Part shown: piece by piece, positions 39,173-48,669 of the stretch
Position numbering within the stretch: position 1 is the first letter of the stretch
Layout of the letters: every line of letters starts with the position of its first letter
Source: a virus
Taxonomy: Duplodnaviria; Caudoviricetes
Strand: one strand, 5' to 3'
Virus record (IMG/VR): IMGVR_UViG_3300044699_000043
Location: 1 to 48,669 of that record
Length of the DNA stretch: 48,669 bases
Notes under the pieces: generated by a model
What the model was told of the DNA's origin: nothing
The model's input: only the letters and a program-made list of their open reading frames with translations
Databases searched by the model: none
Program-made: the position numbers and the translations under genes

Positions 39173-39725
39173 CGACAGAAACCTCATTCTCGAGGATGTG
39201 ACGATCGCGTTCCGGAACTTCGCGGGCAAGGAAGACACGTACAACCGTGCCGGCGACAGGAACTTCGCGATCCTGCTGGAAGAAGATCGGGCCCAGCAGA
39301 TGCTGCGGGACGGTTGGAATGTCAAGTACCTGAAGGCCCGGGATGAAGACGACATCCCCCAGGCCTACATTCAGGTGGCCGTCTCGTACAAGACCAAGCC
39401 GCCGAAGATCGGTATGGTCACCTCGAAGGGTCTGACCTACCTCGGTCAGGACGAAGTGGAAGCCCTCGACTGGGTAGACATCGAGACCGCGGATGTTACG
39501 CTCAACCCGTACGAGTGGGCGGTCAACGGTAAGTCCGGCGTAAAGGCTTATCTGCAGACGATGTACATCAAGATCCTGGAGGACTACCTTCAGCTGAAGT
39601 GGACCTCCTACGTCGAGGAGAATCGGAAGCAGATCGGTGCCGGCGAGCCTGAGAAGGACTACATCGACGCTGATTTCTACGAACACACTCACATGGCCAA
39701 GGAAATCGAGGCCGTAAGGACATGA
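39162..39725 (+). CDS. Putative single-stranded DNA-binding protein
   Basis: FRNFAGKE..YN..GDRNF, NPYEW.VNG..GVKAYL, acidic tail. Located in the replication module. Confidence 0.6.
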   Translation: MGRNDRNLILEDVTIAFRNFAGKEDTYNRAGDRNFAILLEEDRAQQMLRDGWNVKYLKARDEDDIPQAYIQVAVSYKTKPPKIGMVTSKGLTYLGQDEVEALDWVDIETADVTLNPYEWAVNGKSGVKAYLQTMYIKILEDYLQLKWTSYVEENRKQIGAGEPEKDYIDADFYEHTHMAKEIEAVRT

Positions 39726-39934
39726 GTTCCGAAGCGAGGACCCTGACGGAGAACAACGTCTGGGAGCTCGCTACGTGGTGCGGGGGAAATCCTGTTGTGG
39801 AGCACGATGCGCTCGATCACGACAAGACTTCCCCCGGCATCAACGTCCCCACAAAGGATGGGGTGGAGCGAGCTTCATTAGGTCAAACGATCATCCGGAA
39901 GAATGACGGAACGTTCGAAGTTTTCAAGGGCTAA
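39722..39934 (+). CDS. Hypothetical protein (paralog family A)
   Basis: LTENNVWELATWCGG...ASLGQTII...GTFEVF. Confidence 0.65.
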   Translation: MSSEARTLTENNVWELATWCGGNPVVEHDALDHDKTSPGINVPTKDGVERASLGQTIIRKNDGTFEVFKG

Positions 39935-39948
39935 TTAGGGGAGAACGA

Positions 39949-40236
39949 ATGTTTATCGCGACCCAGCTTCCTGATACTTTCTTCGTCGCGTACGAAGACA
40001 GTTTCGAAGTCGGAGACAAGATGTTGTTTGTCGAGCTGCAGCACGTAGGGGATCTCCCGGTGGTCGGAGAGCCTCTGAAGCAGGAGCGCTTCTACTTCCG
40101 CGTCACCTGCGGGCAGACGGTTCGTGTCGGTGCGGTCGAGTGGCATCAGGACAACGGCCCACTCACGTACAAGGAAGTCGCAAAAGCTCTCGCAATTCTC
40201 TGGAACGGCGAAGACCTCGCAATCGTCAAGCACTGA
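39949..40236 (+). CDS. Hypothetical protein
   Basis: RBS GGGGAG. Confidence 0.6.
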   Translation: MFIATQLPDTFFVAYEDSFEVGDKMLFVELQHVGDLPVVGEPLKQERFYFRVTCGQTVRVGAVEWHQDNGPLTYKEVAKALAILWNGEDLAIVKH

Positions 40237-40269
40237 ACATCACAGTACATAAACTTCGAAAGAGGAACG

Positions 40270-40629
40270 ATGGAACTCATCACGTACGATCGCAAGCCGT
40301 TCTCCGTCACCGCGGTCGAACTCTCATTCGAGAACATTCACGAAGTCGCCGAATGGTGCAAGGGCGAGGTCGGCACCGAAAGCACCAAGATCCTCGGGAC
40401 CAGTACCATGCTCCCGGTCTTGCACATCCAGGGGATGGGTGACGCCCGCGGGAAGGACTTCATCGCCCGACTGGGCTACTTCATCGTCGAACTGAACGGC
40501 AGCTTCCGGGTCTACAAGCCCAAGCAGTTCAAGGAGACCTTCAAGCGGCGCGAGCCTCTGACCTGCGTGAACGAGGAGCAGTTCGTCCCTGTCTCCGAGC
40601 GTACCGAATTCAGCAACGACGTTGCGTAG
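40270..40629 (+). CDS. Hypothetical protein (paralog family A)
   Basis: RKPFSVTAVELSFENIHEVAEWCKG...ARLGYFIV...F.ETF. Confidence 0.7.
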   Translation: MELITYDRKPFSVTAVELSFENIHEVAEWCKGEVGTESTKILGTSTMLPVLHIQGMGDARGKDFIARLGYFIVELNGSFRVYKPKQFKETFKRREPLTCVNEEQFVPVSERTEFSNDVA

Positions 40630-40690
40630 TCAGCGCTTTTCCCTCGGAAAACACCAAATCTCTCTTCACTGGAATCGGAAAGAGGAAGTA

Positions 40691-41176
40691 ATGAGCGGGT
40701 TCTTCGCCAAGGACATCAACCTGTTCCACTTCGAAATGCGGGACTGCAGTTATCCGCCGAAGGACATCCACACGATGGCCCTCGAGGTGACTGTCGAGAA
40801 TATCGGCGCACTTTCGCTGGAATTCGAAACGGAACTGATGTACCACGCCGGGATGCCTTTCTTCCCGGTATCTCTGGCCCGCAAGCCGAAGGGTGAGGAC
40901 AAGGAAGGTTCGGTCAGGCCTCGACAGATTCGTCTGGGTGACTGGCTCGTCGTGCTGTGGGACGAGATCCACGTCTTCCGCGACACCGAGTTCAAGTACA
41001 CCTTCCGAGTGGACACGCCTGCACCGCACACTCGGATGTACAACGAAGACACCCCCGCGGAGTCGACTCGCGTGGACATTCCGGTCGAGGTCGCGAAGTC
41101 CGAGCCGTCGTCCTGGTTGCCCAAGAACGATGGCGACGAAAACAAGACTTCGGGGTTCCTCAACGAGTACCACTAA
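40691..41176 (+). CDS. Hypothetical protein (paralog family A)
   Basis: ALEVTVENIGAL...IRLGDWLV...F.YTF. RBS GAGGA. Confidence 0.65.
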   Translation: MSGFFAKDINLFHFEMRDCSYPPKDIHTMALEVTVENIGALSLEFETELMYHAGMPFFPVSLARKPKGEDKEGSVRPRQIRLGDWLVVLWDEIHVFRDTEFKYTFRVDTPAPHTRMYNEDTPAESTRVDIPVEVAKSEPSSWLPKNDGDENKTSGFLNEYH

Positions 41177-41291
41177 CAAATCTTGGAAGACGACAGTTTT
41201 CTGATACCTTACCTCCCCCTCGGGATGGAGTCGTCGAGCAGGTATGGGGTTAGGCCTGCGCATAATGAGGGCAGCAAGAAAGAAGGACCCT

Positions 41292-41822
41292 GTGGCAGAT
41301 CATTTGGATGATGTAATACAAAATTCAGAGCCATGGCGTCACAGCTTGATCTGCACGAAGTGCGGGCAAGTGATCAGAGCCGCCACCCCAATTGGCGTTC
41401 GCTTAGCGATGCGAGTACATAGAAATCGTAAGTGCAGGAAGAATGTACGGAAGGCGGAAGTAATGTCGACAGCACAAGAAATGGGCGCACGCCTACAGGC
41501 AATAGGTGACGAAGTCCTCAAGACGATGAACGCTCGCAGGACTGCCATTGCCGAAGACATGAACGCAATGCTCGAGCAGATGTCTGGTTGCAAACAGACA
41601 ATCGAAAAGCCTACGGACGAGGTCGCCAGAATGCTTGGCGAGAATCATCGCGGAATGACCGCAATCATCAATTCCACTTCAGAGGTGGACGAACGACTTG
41701 ACCAGATCTACCGGGCAGCTTTATTGGTCGTCAGGGAGTTGGAGACCCTCCCGAGTGCCGTCGACACTCTATCCATCACGTACATGAATGTAGGAGCCGC
41801 TGTAGCTGGCGGAAACCTCTAG
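41292..41822 (+). CDS. Hypothetical protein with N-terminal CxxC...HxxxxC zinc finger
   Basis: CTKC...HRNRKC. Start uncertain (GTG 41292 or ATG 41463). Confidence 0.5.
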   Translation: MADHLDDVIQNSEPWRHSLICTKCGQVIRAATPIGVRLAMRVHRNRKCRKNVRKAEVMSTAQEMGARLQAIGDEVLKTMNARRTAIAEDMNAMLEQMSGCKQTIEKPTDEVARMLGENHRGMTAIINSTSEVDERLDQIYRAALLVVRELETLPSAVDTLSITYMNVGAAVAGGNL

Positions 41823-41829
41823 GTCTAGT

Positions 41830-41867
41830 GGCAGGGGGCTCTCTAACCGAGGGTCCTCTGTCGCTTT
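41830..41867 (+). terminator. Intergenic hairpin, possible terminator
   Basis: GGCAGGGGGCTCTC-TAACC-GAGGGTCCTCTGTC followed by GCTTT. Confidence 0.5.
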
Positions 41868-41892
41868 CCTGGATTATGTTTAAGGAGGAAAG

Positions 41893-42096
41893 ATGTTTGA
41901 GTTTAGCGGTCCATCTGTCGTCTACTTGTGTATGAATAAGGAGTGCGCGGTCTACTTGTTCGACGGAACAGAAACAGACGTTTGTCCCCATTGTTCCCTA
42001 AAACCAAACGGAAAAGTGGAGGATTTGCAATTCTATGTCAGGAAAGTCGATATCGGTCTCTTTGAGAACCCCGAAAAGTATGGGTGGCGTTTGTAA
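41893..42096 (+). CDS. Small zinc-ribbon protein
   Basis: CMNKEC...CPHC. RBS AAGGAGG. Confidence 0.65.
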   Translation: MFEFSGPSVVYLCMNKECAVYLFDGTETDVCPHCSLKPNGKVEDLQFYVRKVDIGLFENPEKYGWRL

Positions 42097-42272
42097 TGTT
42101 CAAATACGTTCGCAAGATGAAAAACCCAGTTCCGGTCCGTTTCTGTACGACCAAAGACTGCGATACCATCCTGTTTAAAGCCGATTTGTCCAACGTATGC
42201 CCCGATTGCGGTGAAGTATCCATCTATAAAGTTACCGATGTGAAGTTCACTTGCGAAGAGAGTGGCTCGTGA
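42096..42272 (+). CDS. Small zinc-ribbon protein
   Basis: CTTKDC...CPDC. TAATG overlap. Confidence 0.6.
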   Translation: MFKYVRKMKNPVPVRFCTTKDCDTILFKADLSNVCPDCGEVSIYKVTDVKFTCEESGS

Positions 42273-43421
42273 ATGGTCCAGCTGAGACCCCATCAGAAGG
42301 AAGCCCTGGGGAAGCTGAAAAACGGATCGATCCTGTGCGGCGGTGTCGGTTCTGGGAAGTCAATGGTTGCGGTATCTCATTATGTCCAGGAGTATCCGAA
42401 CCGGGACGTTATTGTGATCACGACGGCCAAGAAACGGGACAGTCTAGACTGGAACCGGGAGTTCGCCAGGTATGGAGTCAGTACGGAAGTATCCGCGGCT
42501 GGTTCCCTGCGCATTGACTCGTGGAACAACATCCACAAGTACGAAGGGATCAAGGATGCGTTCTTTATCTTCGACGAGCAACGTTTGGTTGGTTCAGGTG
42601 GGTGGGTCAAGAGTTTCCTACGAATTGTCAAGAGCAACACTTGGATCATGCTGTCCGCTACACCGGGAGATTCTTGGCTTGACTTCATTCCCGTGTTCAT
42701 CGCTAATGGATTCTACAAGAACAGAACGGAATTCAAAGCTCGGCACGTCATTTACAAATCTTATACGAGGTTCCCAGCGGTCGATCGGTATGTTGAAGTA
42801 GGGAAACTTGTACGACATCGCAATCAGATCTTGGTTAAGATGCCGTACGAGCGACACACTACGAGACACACGATTGTCTTGCCAGTGGATCACGATACTG
42901 ACTTGATGAAGCGGGCAATGAAGGATCGGTGGAATCCGTTCGAGGAGCGACCGATCCGGCAGAGTGCTGAGTTATTCTCTGTGATGCGCAAGATTGTAAG
43001 TACGCATCCGAGCCGTCTCGAGGCTCTTCGTGAAACGATGAAAAAACACCCCCGTCTGATAGTTTTCTACAACTTCGATTACGAATTGGAGATCCTTCGA
43101 GGGGTCGAAGGAGTGGAAATTCGGGAGTGGAATGGGCATCGACACCAAGAAATTCCCGATTCTGAGCGATGGTTGTACCTTGTTCAGTACATGGCGGGTG
43201 CCGAGGGTTGGGAGTGCATTGAGACAAATGCGACATTCTTCTGGTCGCAAGACTACTCGTACAAGAGGACCGAACAGGCGTACGGTCGGATCGATCGACT
43301 CAACACGGGCTTCATGAACCTGTTTTACTACATACCTTTGTCGAACTCTTACATCGATAAGGCCGTTCGGAAGTCGATTCGAGAAAAAAGAGACTTCAAC
43401 GAGTCCGAGATGTCCGTTTAG
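42273..43421 (+). CDS. SF2 DNA helicase
   Basis: LRPHQ, GGVGSGKS, FDEQR, SATP, QAYGRIDR. Confidence 0.85.
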   Translation: MVQLRPHQKEALGKLKNGSILCGGVGSGKSMVAVSHYVQEYPNRDVIVITTAKKRDSLDWNREFARYGVSTEVSAAGSLRIDSWNNIHKYEGIKDAFFIFDEQRLVGSGGWVKSFLRIVKSNTWIMLSATPGDSWLDFIPVFIANGFYKNRTEFKARHVIYKSYTRFPAVDRYVEVGKLVRHRNQILVKMPYERHTTRHTIVLPVDHDTDLMKRAMKDRWNPFEERPIRQSAELFSVMRKIVSTHPSRLEALRETMKKHPRLIVFYNFDYELEILRGVEGVEIREWNGHRHQEIPDSERWLYLVQYMAGAEGWECIETNATFFWSQDYSYKRTEQAYGRIDRLNTGFMNLFYYIPLSNSYIDKAVRKSIREKRDFNESEMSV

Positions 43422-43428
43422 TCGGACC

Positions 43429-43543
43429 TTGCCAAGATTTTTCCAAAAAACTTTTTTATAATTACGTAATATCTATACTCTTTACGCGCGTAGTAGATAA
43501 TATACATAAATTATAGAAAAGTTTTTGCGAAAAATCTTGGCAA
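43429..43543. repeat. 115-bp AT-rich imperfect palindrome (candidate replication origin)
   Basis: TTGCCAAGATTTTTCCAAAAAACTTTTTTATAATT ... AATTATAGAAAAGTTTTTGCGAAAAATCTTGGCAA, with central TACGCGCGTA. Confidence 0.8.
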
Positions 43544-43598
43544 AGATGATCATGGAATTTCACGGGTCGAGAGCCCGATTCGAGGCCTCAACATCAAC

Positions 43599-43623
43599 TC
43601 GCAAGAAAAACATGGATTATAAT
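43599..43623 (+). promoter_or_regulatory. Repeated promoter-like motif P6
   Basis: TCGCAAGAAAAACATGGATTATAAT upstream of the nuclease-nuclease-polymerase operon. Confidence 0.8.
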
Positions 43624-43675
43624 AGAAGGGACAAGATGCGGTCGTTTACATCCCCTTTGATTTTAAGGAGGTGCT

Positions 43676-43981
43676 GTGGGAAAACTTGAGAACGAGTACA
43701 AAAGAGGGTTGAAGAAACGCATCGAGGCTCGCTTTCCCAAATGCATCATCTTGAAGAATGATGAGCAGATGCTACAAGGCATCCCCGACATGACGATTCT
43801 ATGGGGATCTTGTTATGCAGTGCTCGAGGTGAAGCGAAGTGTGGATGCTCCGTTCCGACCCAACCAGGAATGGTATCTGGACGAGGTCGCAATGATGGGC
43901 GGTATCTCCTTCGTCATTTACCCTGAGATCGAAGAAGAGGTTCTCGATGCGGTTCAACAATCATTCGAAGCTCGCGGGTAG
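43676..43981 (+). CDS. VRR-NUC-like nuclease / putative resolvase
   Basis: LENEY, GIPD...LEVK, RPNQEWY. Confidence 0.8.
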   Translation: MGKLENEYKRGLKKRIEARFPKCIILKNDEQMLQGIPDMTILWGSCYAVLEVKRSVDAPFRPNQEWYLDEVAMMGGISFVIYPEIEEEVLDAVQQSFEARG

Positions 43982-44513
43982 TCATGCGTTCATGAGCCCA
44001 AGTAGTTATCACTGGGTGAACTACGATGAACAGAAGATGGACGCAAGTATCTTTGCCTCTTTCTCTGCTCGACGTGGGACTGAGTTGCACGACCTCGCAC
44101 AGAAGGCTATTCGTCTCGGTGTCAAGTTTCCAGACACCGAGGAAACCATGTGCAAGTATGTAAACGACTGTATCGGGTTTCGAATGACTCCCGAGCAAAC
44201 CCTGTTCTACTCACAAAACTGCTTCGGTTGCGCCGATGCGATCGGCTTCAACTCCGCCAAGAAGAAACTTCGTATTTTCGATTTGAAAACCGGAATCACA
44301 AAAGTGAAGGTGACTCAGCTCGAAGTGTATGCGGCACTGTTCTGCCTGGAGTATAACTTCAAGCCGACAGAGATCGAGACAGAACTCAGAATTTACCAGA
44401 ATGATGAGGTTCAGATCTTCGAGGGCGATCCCCTTGAGATCGGTCGGATCATGTCGCAAATCGTGGTATACGATCGTCGTATTGATGAGCTGAGGATGGA
44501 GGCTTACGGATGA
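43947..44513 (+). CDS. PD-(D/E)XK / Cas4-like (DUF2800-like) exonuclease
   Basis: SPSS, RGTELH, FGCADAI, IFDLKTG, QLEVYA. Confidence 0.75.
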   Translation: MRFNNHSKLAGSHAFMSPSSYHWVNYDEQKMDASIFASFSARRGTELHDLAQKAIRLGVKFPDTEETMCKYVNDCIGFRMTPEQTLFYSQNCFGCADAIGFNSAKKKLRIFDLKTGITKVKVTQLEVYAALFCLEYNFKPTEIETELRIYQNDEVQIFEGDPLEIGRIMSQIVVYDRRIDELRMEAYG

Positions 44514-47149
44514 CAATCGTTTCTCAAGACGATTACTTTGCTCACTATGGAATTCTTCGTAAGTCCGGGCGGTATCCTTGGGGATCTGGTGGTCCCGAAA
44601 ACTCGGGTAGCGCAAACTTCTTGGGTTACGTGGCTGAGCTTCAGGGCAAGGGGTTGTCTGAATCTCAAGTTGCGGAAGGTATGGGTATCACAACCACCCA
44701 ACTTCGTGCCGCCAAATCAATCGCTAAGAATGAAGAACGCCAAGCCAATATCAATATGGCTACTCGATTGAAAGACAAAGGTATGTCTAACGTCGCTATT
44801 GGCGAACGTATGGGCATTCCCGAGTCAACCGTCCGTACACTTCTTGAGCCAAGTGCGAAAGACAAGGCGGACGTTCTTCTCAGCACATCGAACATGCTGC
44901 GAGATGAGGTCGTAGACAAGAAATACCTGGACATCGGATCTGGTGTCGAGAATCATCTTGGAATTAGCAGCACCAAATTGGCCACTGCTGTGGCCGTCCT
45001 CCAAGAGGAGGGCTATAAGATCCACTATCTGAAAGTCAGGCAACTCGGTACCGGCAAGGAAACGACTCTCAAGGTTCTCTCCGCACCGGATGTTTCTTAC
45101 TCCGAGGTATCGAAGAATCGAGCGCAGATCAAGCAGATCCAGCATTTCACCGAAGACGGTGGACGCTCATTTGTCGGAATTCAGAAGCCCTTGTCCGTGA
45201 GCAGCAAACGGGTTGGTGTAAGGTATGCCGAAGACGGCGGAACTGATTCGGATGGTGTTATTCACGTCCGCCCAGGCGTTGAAGACATCAGCCTTGGTGG
45301 GGCACGATATGCCCAGGTTCGAATTGCTGTTGATGGGACGCATTACCTCAAAGGCATGGCCATGTACAAGGACGATCTGCCTAAGGGCGTCGACCTTGTC
45401 TTCAACACGAACAAGAAAAACACGGGCAACAAGCTAGATGCCATGAAGGCTATGAAGGACGACCCAGACAATCCGTTTGGTGCCGTTGTTCGACAGAAGA
45501 TCGACCCGAAGACTGGCAAAGTCAAGTCGGCGATGAACATCGTCAACGAAGAAGGGGCCTGGGATTCTTGGTCTAAGAACCTTTCTTCTCAGCTGTTGTC
45601 GAAGCAGAGTCCTACTCTGGCCAAGCAGCAACTGGATATGACTTACGAAAGGAAGAAGCGCGAATTCGACGACATCAACAAGCTTACGAATCCTGCTGTC
45701 AAGAAGAAGCTTTTGGAATCGTTTGCTGGTGATGTTGATTCCGCAGCCGTTCACTTGAAGGCTGCCGCACTTCCTCGTCAGAGGTCGAGCGTGATTCTTC
45801 CAATCAACTCCCTGAAAGAAACTGAGATCTACGCGCCAAACTTCAGGAATGGAGAACGCGTTGCTCTCGTCCGCTATCCACACGGCGGTATCTTTGAGAT
45901 TCCAGAACTCACCGTAAACAACAACCATCCCCAAGCCAAGCGCGCACTTGGTCAGGCTCGAGATGCAGTCGGCATCCACTCGAAGGTAGCAGAAAGACTG
46001 TCTGGTGCAGACTTCGATGGCGATACGGTTCTTGTTATACCCAATAACAAGAAGCAAATCAAGACTGCCCCTGCTCTTGCAGGTCTGAAGGGGTTTGATC
46101 CACAGCGTTCGTATCCAGCATATGAGGGTATGAAACGTATGTCATCTCGAACAAAAGCCATTCAGATGGGCGAAGTATCGAATCTCATCACCGACATGAC
46201 TATTCGTGGTGCATCCACCACTGAGCTTGCTCGTGCTGTGCGCCATTCTATGGTGGTCATCGATGCTGAGAAGCACAACCTAAACTACAGGCAGTCCGCA
46301 ATAGACAATGGTATTGGGCAACTCAAGGCCAAGTACCAAGGTGGTACCAGAGCAGGCGCATCTACGCTGATCTCTCGAGCCAAATCAACTATTGATGTGG
46401 AAGAAAGGAAGGCCCGCCCTGCTGCAGAAGGTGGGGCTATAGACAGGGCCACCGGTGAGCGTAAGTTTGTACCTACTGGTGCTACTCGTGTGAACCAGAA
46501 AGGCGAGACTATACCTCGTACCATAAAGGTACGTAAGCTTGCCGAAGCAAGTAATGCACACACCCTTTCTTCTGGTACCCCAATTGAGAAGGTGTATGCA
46601 GACCATTCCAATAAGCTCAAGGCTCTGGCTAATGAAGCACGTAAGGTGTCGATCAATACCAAGACCACACCATACAGCCCGTCTGCCAAGATCGCCTACC
46701 AGAATGAGGTTAATAGCCTCCGTGCCAAATTAAACGTGGCCCTTAAGAATGCGCCCCTTGAAAGGCAGGCCCAGCTTCTAGCAAACGCCACCGTCAAGGC
46801 CAAGCGAGATGCCAATCCTGACATGGACAAAGCTGAATTGAAGAAGATTCAAGGAATGGCTTTGACTCAAGCGCGAATTCGTACTGGAGCTGGGAAGAAG
46901 AGAATCGACATCACCCCTCAAGAATGGGCGGCCATCCAGGCTGGTGCTGTCAGCAACAACACATTGACACAGATTCTTACTAATGCAGATCTTGATAAGG
47001 TTAAGGAACTGGCTACACCTAGGTCTGCTGTTCTTATGACTACTACCAAGACCAATCGTGCTAAGTCTATGGTCGCTGCTGGCTACACTCAGGCAGAGAT
47101 AGCGGACGCTCTTGGGGTATCACTGACCACACTCAAGACTGTAGTGTGA
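44510..47149 (+). CDS. Putative single-subunit two-barrel RNA polymerase with HTH domains
   Basis: SDG, QVR..KGM, LVRYP and LSGADFDGDTV. Two N-terminal HTHs and one C-terminal HTH. N-terminal FAHYG...YPWG leader. Confidence 0.75.
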   Translation: MTIVSQDDYFAHYGILRKSGRYPWGSGGPENSGSANFLGYVAELQGKGLSESQVAEGMGITTTQLRAAKSIAKNEERQANINMATRLKDKGMSNVAIGERMGIPESTVRTLLEPSAKDKADVLLSTSNMLRDEVVDKKYLDIGSGVENHLGISSTKLATAVAVLQEEGYKIHYLKVRQLGTGKETTLKVLSAPDVSYSEVSKNRAQIKQIQHFTEDGGRSFVGIQKPLSVSSKRVGVRYAEDGGTDSDGVIHVRPGVEDISLGGARYAQVRIAVDGTHYLKGMAMYKDDLPKGVDLVFNTNKKNTGNKLDAMKAMKDDPDNPFGAVVRQKIDPKTGKVKSAMNIVNEEGAWDSWSKNLSSQLLSKQSPTLAKQQLDMTYERKKREFDDINKLTNPAVKKKLLESFAGDVDSAAVHLKAAALPRQRSSVILPINSLKETEIYAPNFRNGERVALVRYPHGGIFEIPELTVNNNHPQAKRALGQARDAVGIHSKVAERLSGADFDGDTVLVIPNNKKQIKTAPALAGLKGFDPQRSYPAYEGMKRMSSRTKAIQMGEVSNLITDMTIRGASTTELARAVRHSMVVIDAEKHNLNYRQSAIDNGIGQLKAKYQGGTRAGASTLISRAKSTIDVEERKARPAAEGGAIDRATGERKFVPTGATRVNQKGETIPRTIKVRKLAEASNAHTLSSGTPIEKVYADHSNKLKALANEARKVSINTKTTPYSPSAKIAYQNEVNSLRAKLNVALKNAPLERQAQLLANATVKAKRDANPDMDKAELKKIQGMALTQARIRTGAGKKRIDITPQEWAAIQAGAVSNNTLTQILTNADLDKVKELATPRSAVLMTTTKTNRAKSMVAAGYTQAEIADALGVSLTTLKTVV

Positions 47150-47229
47150 GAGGAGGATAGCGATGCCAGTACACATGCTTCAAAGACGCTTGGTAGTAGA
47201 TTTCACGTTGCTAATTACAAGGTGTTAGT

Positions 47230-48669
<1,440 letters not shown>

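Noticed and set aside
4780-47180. Integrase, repressor, tRNA or rRNA genes
   Set aside because: None recognised by eye. tRNAscan-SE and HMM searches would be needed to exclude divergent ones.

Overview
The window holds a near-complete, apparently lytic siphovirus genome at about 4,780-47,180. All genes lie on the + strand, no integrase is visible, and an actinobacterial host is inferred from gene content and composition. The flanks look like read or assembly artefacts: 1-~3,050 is a heavily degraded reverse-complement copy of ~5,800-9,100 (fold-back), ~3,050-4,750 is G-poor low-complexity sequence, and ~47,230-48,669 is a poly(A)-like tract. Gene order is HNH nuclease, Cpl-7 protein, endolysin, fibre-like protein, adaptor, HYG-motif protein, 2H phosphoesterase, terminase, portal, protease-capsid fusion, tail genes, membrane and holin genes, an accessory region, a helicase-primase-PolB fusion, SSB, helicase, an AT-rich palindrome (candidate origin), two nucleases, and an 879-aa protein. 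The most interesting signal is a candidate phage-specific transcription system. The 879-aa protein carries the two-barrel polymerase motif GADFDGD, RdRP/YonO-like motifs, three HTHs and an N-terminal HYG leader. Six copies of a non-sigma70-spaced promoter-like motif (TCGCA-RRA-WWW-ACA-N5-WRTAAT) precede small cassettes, most ending in a conserved hairpin, and one copy drives a closed, multi-branched non-coding RNA instead of an ORF. Several genes at 24.9-30.4 kb carry single-base frameshifts that look like sequencing errors. All family assignments come from motif recognition, not from database searches.
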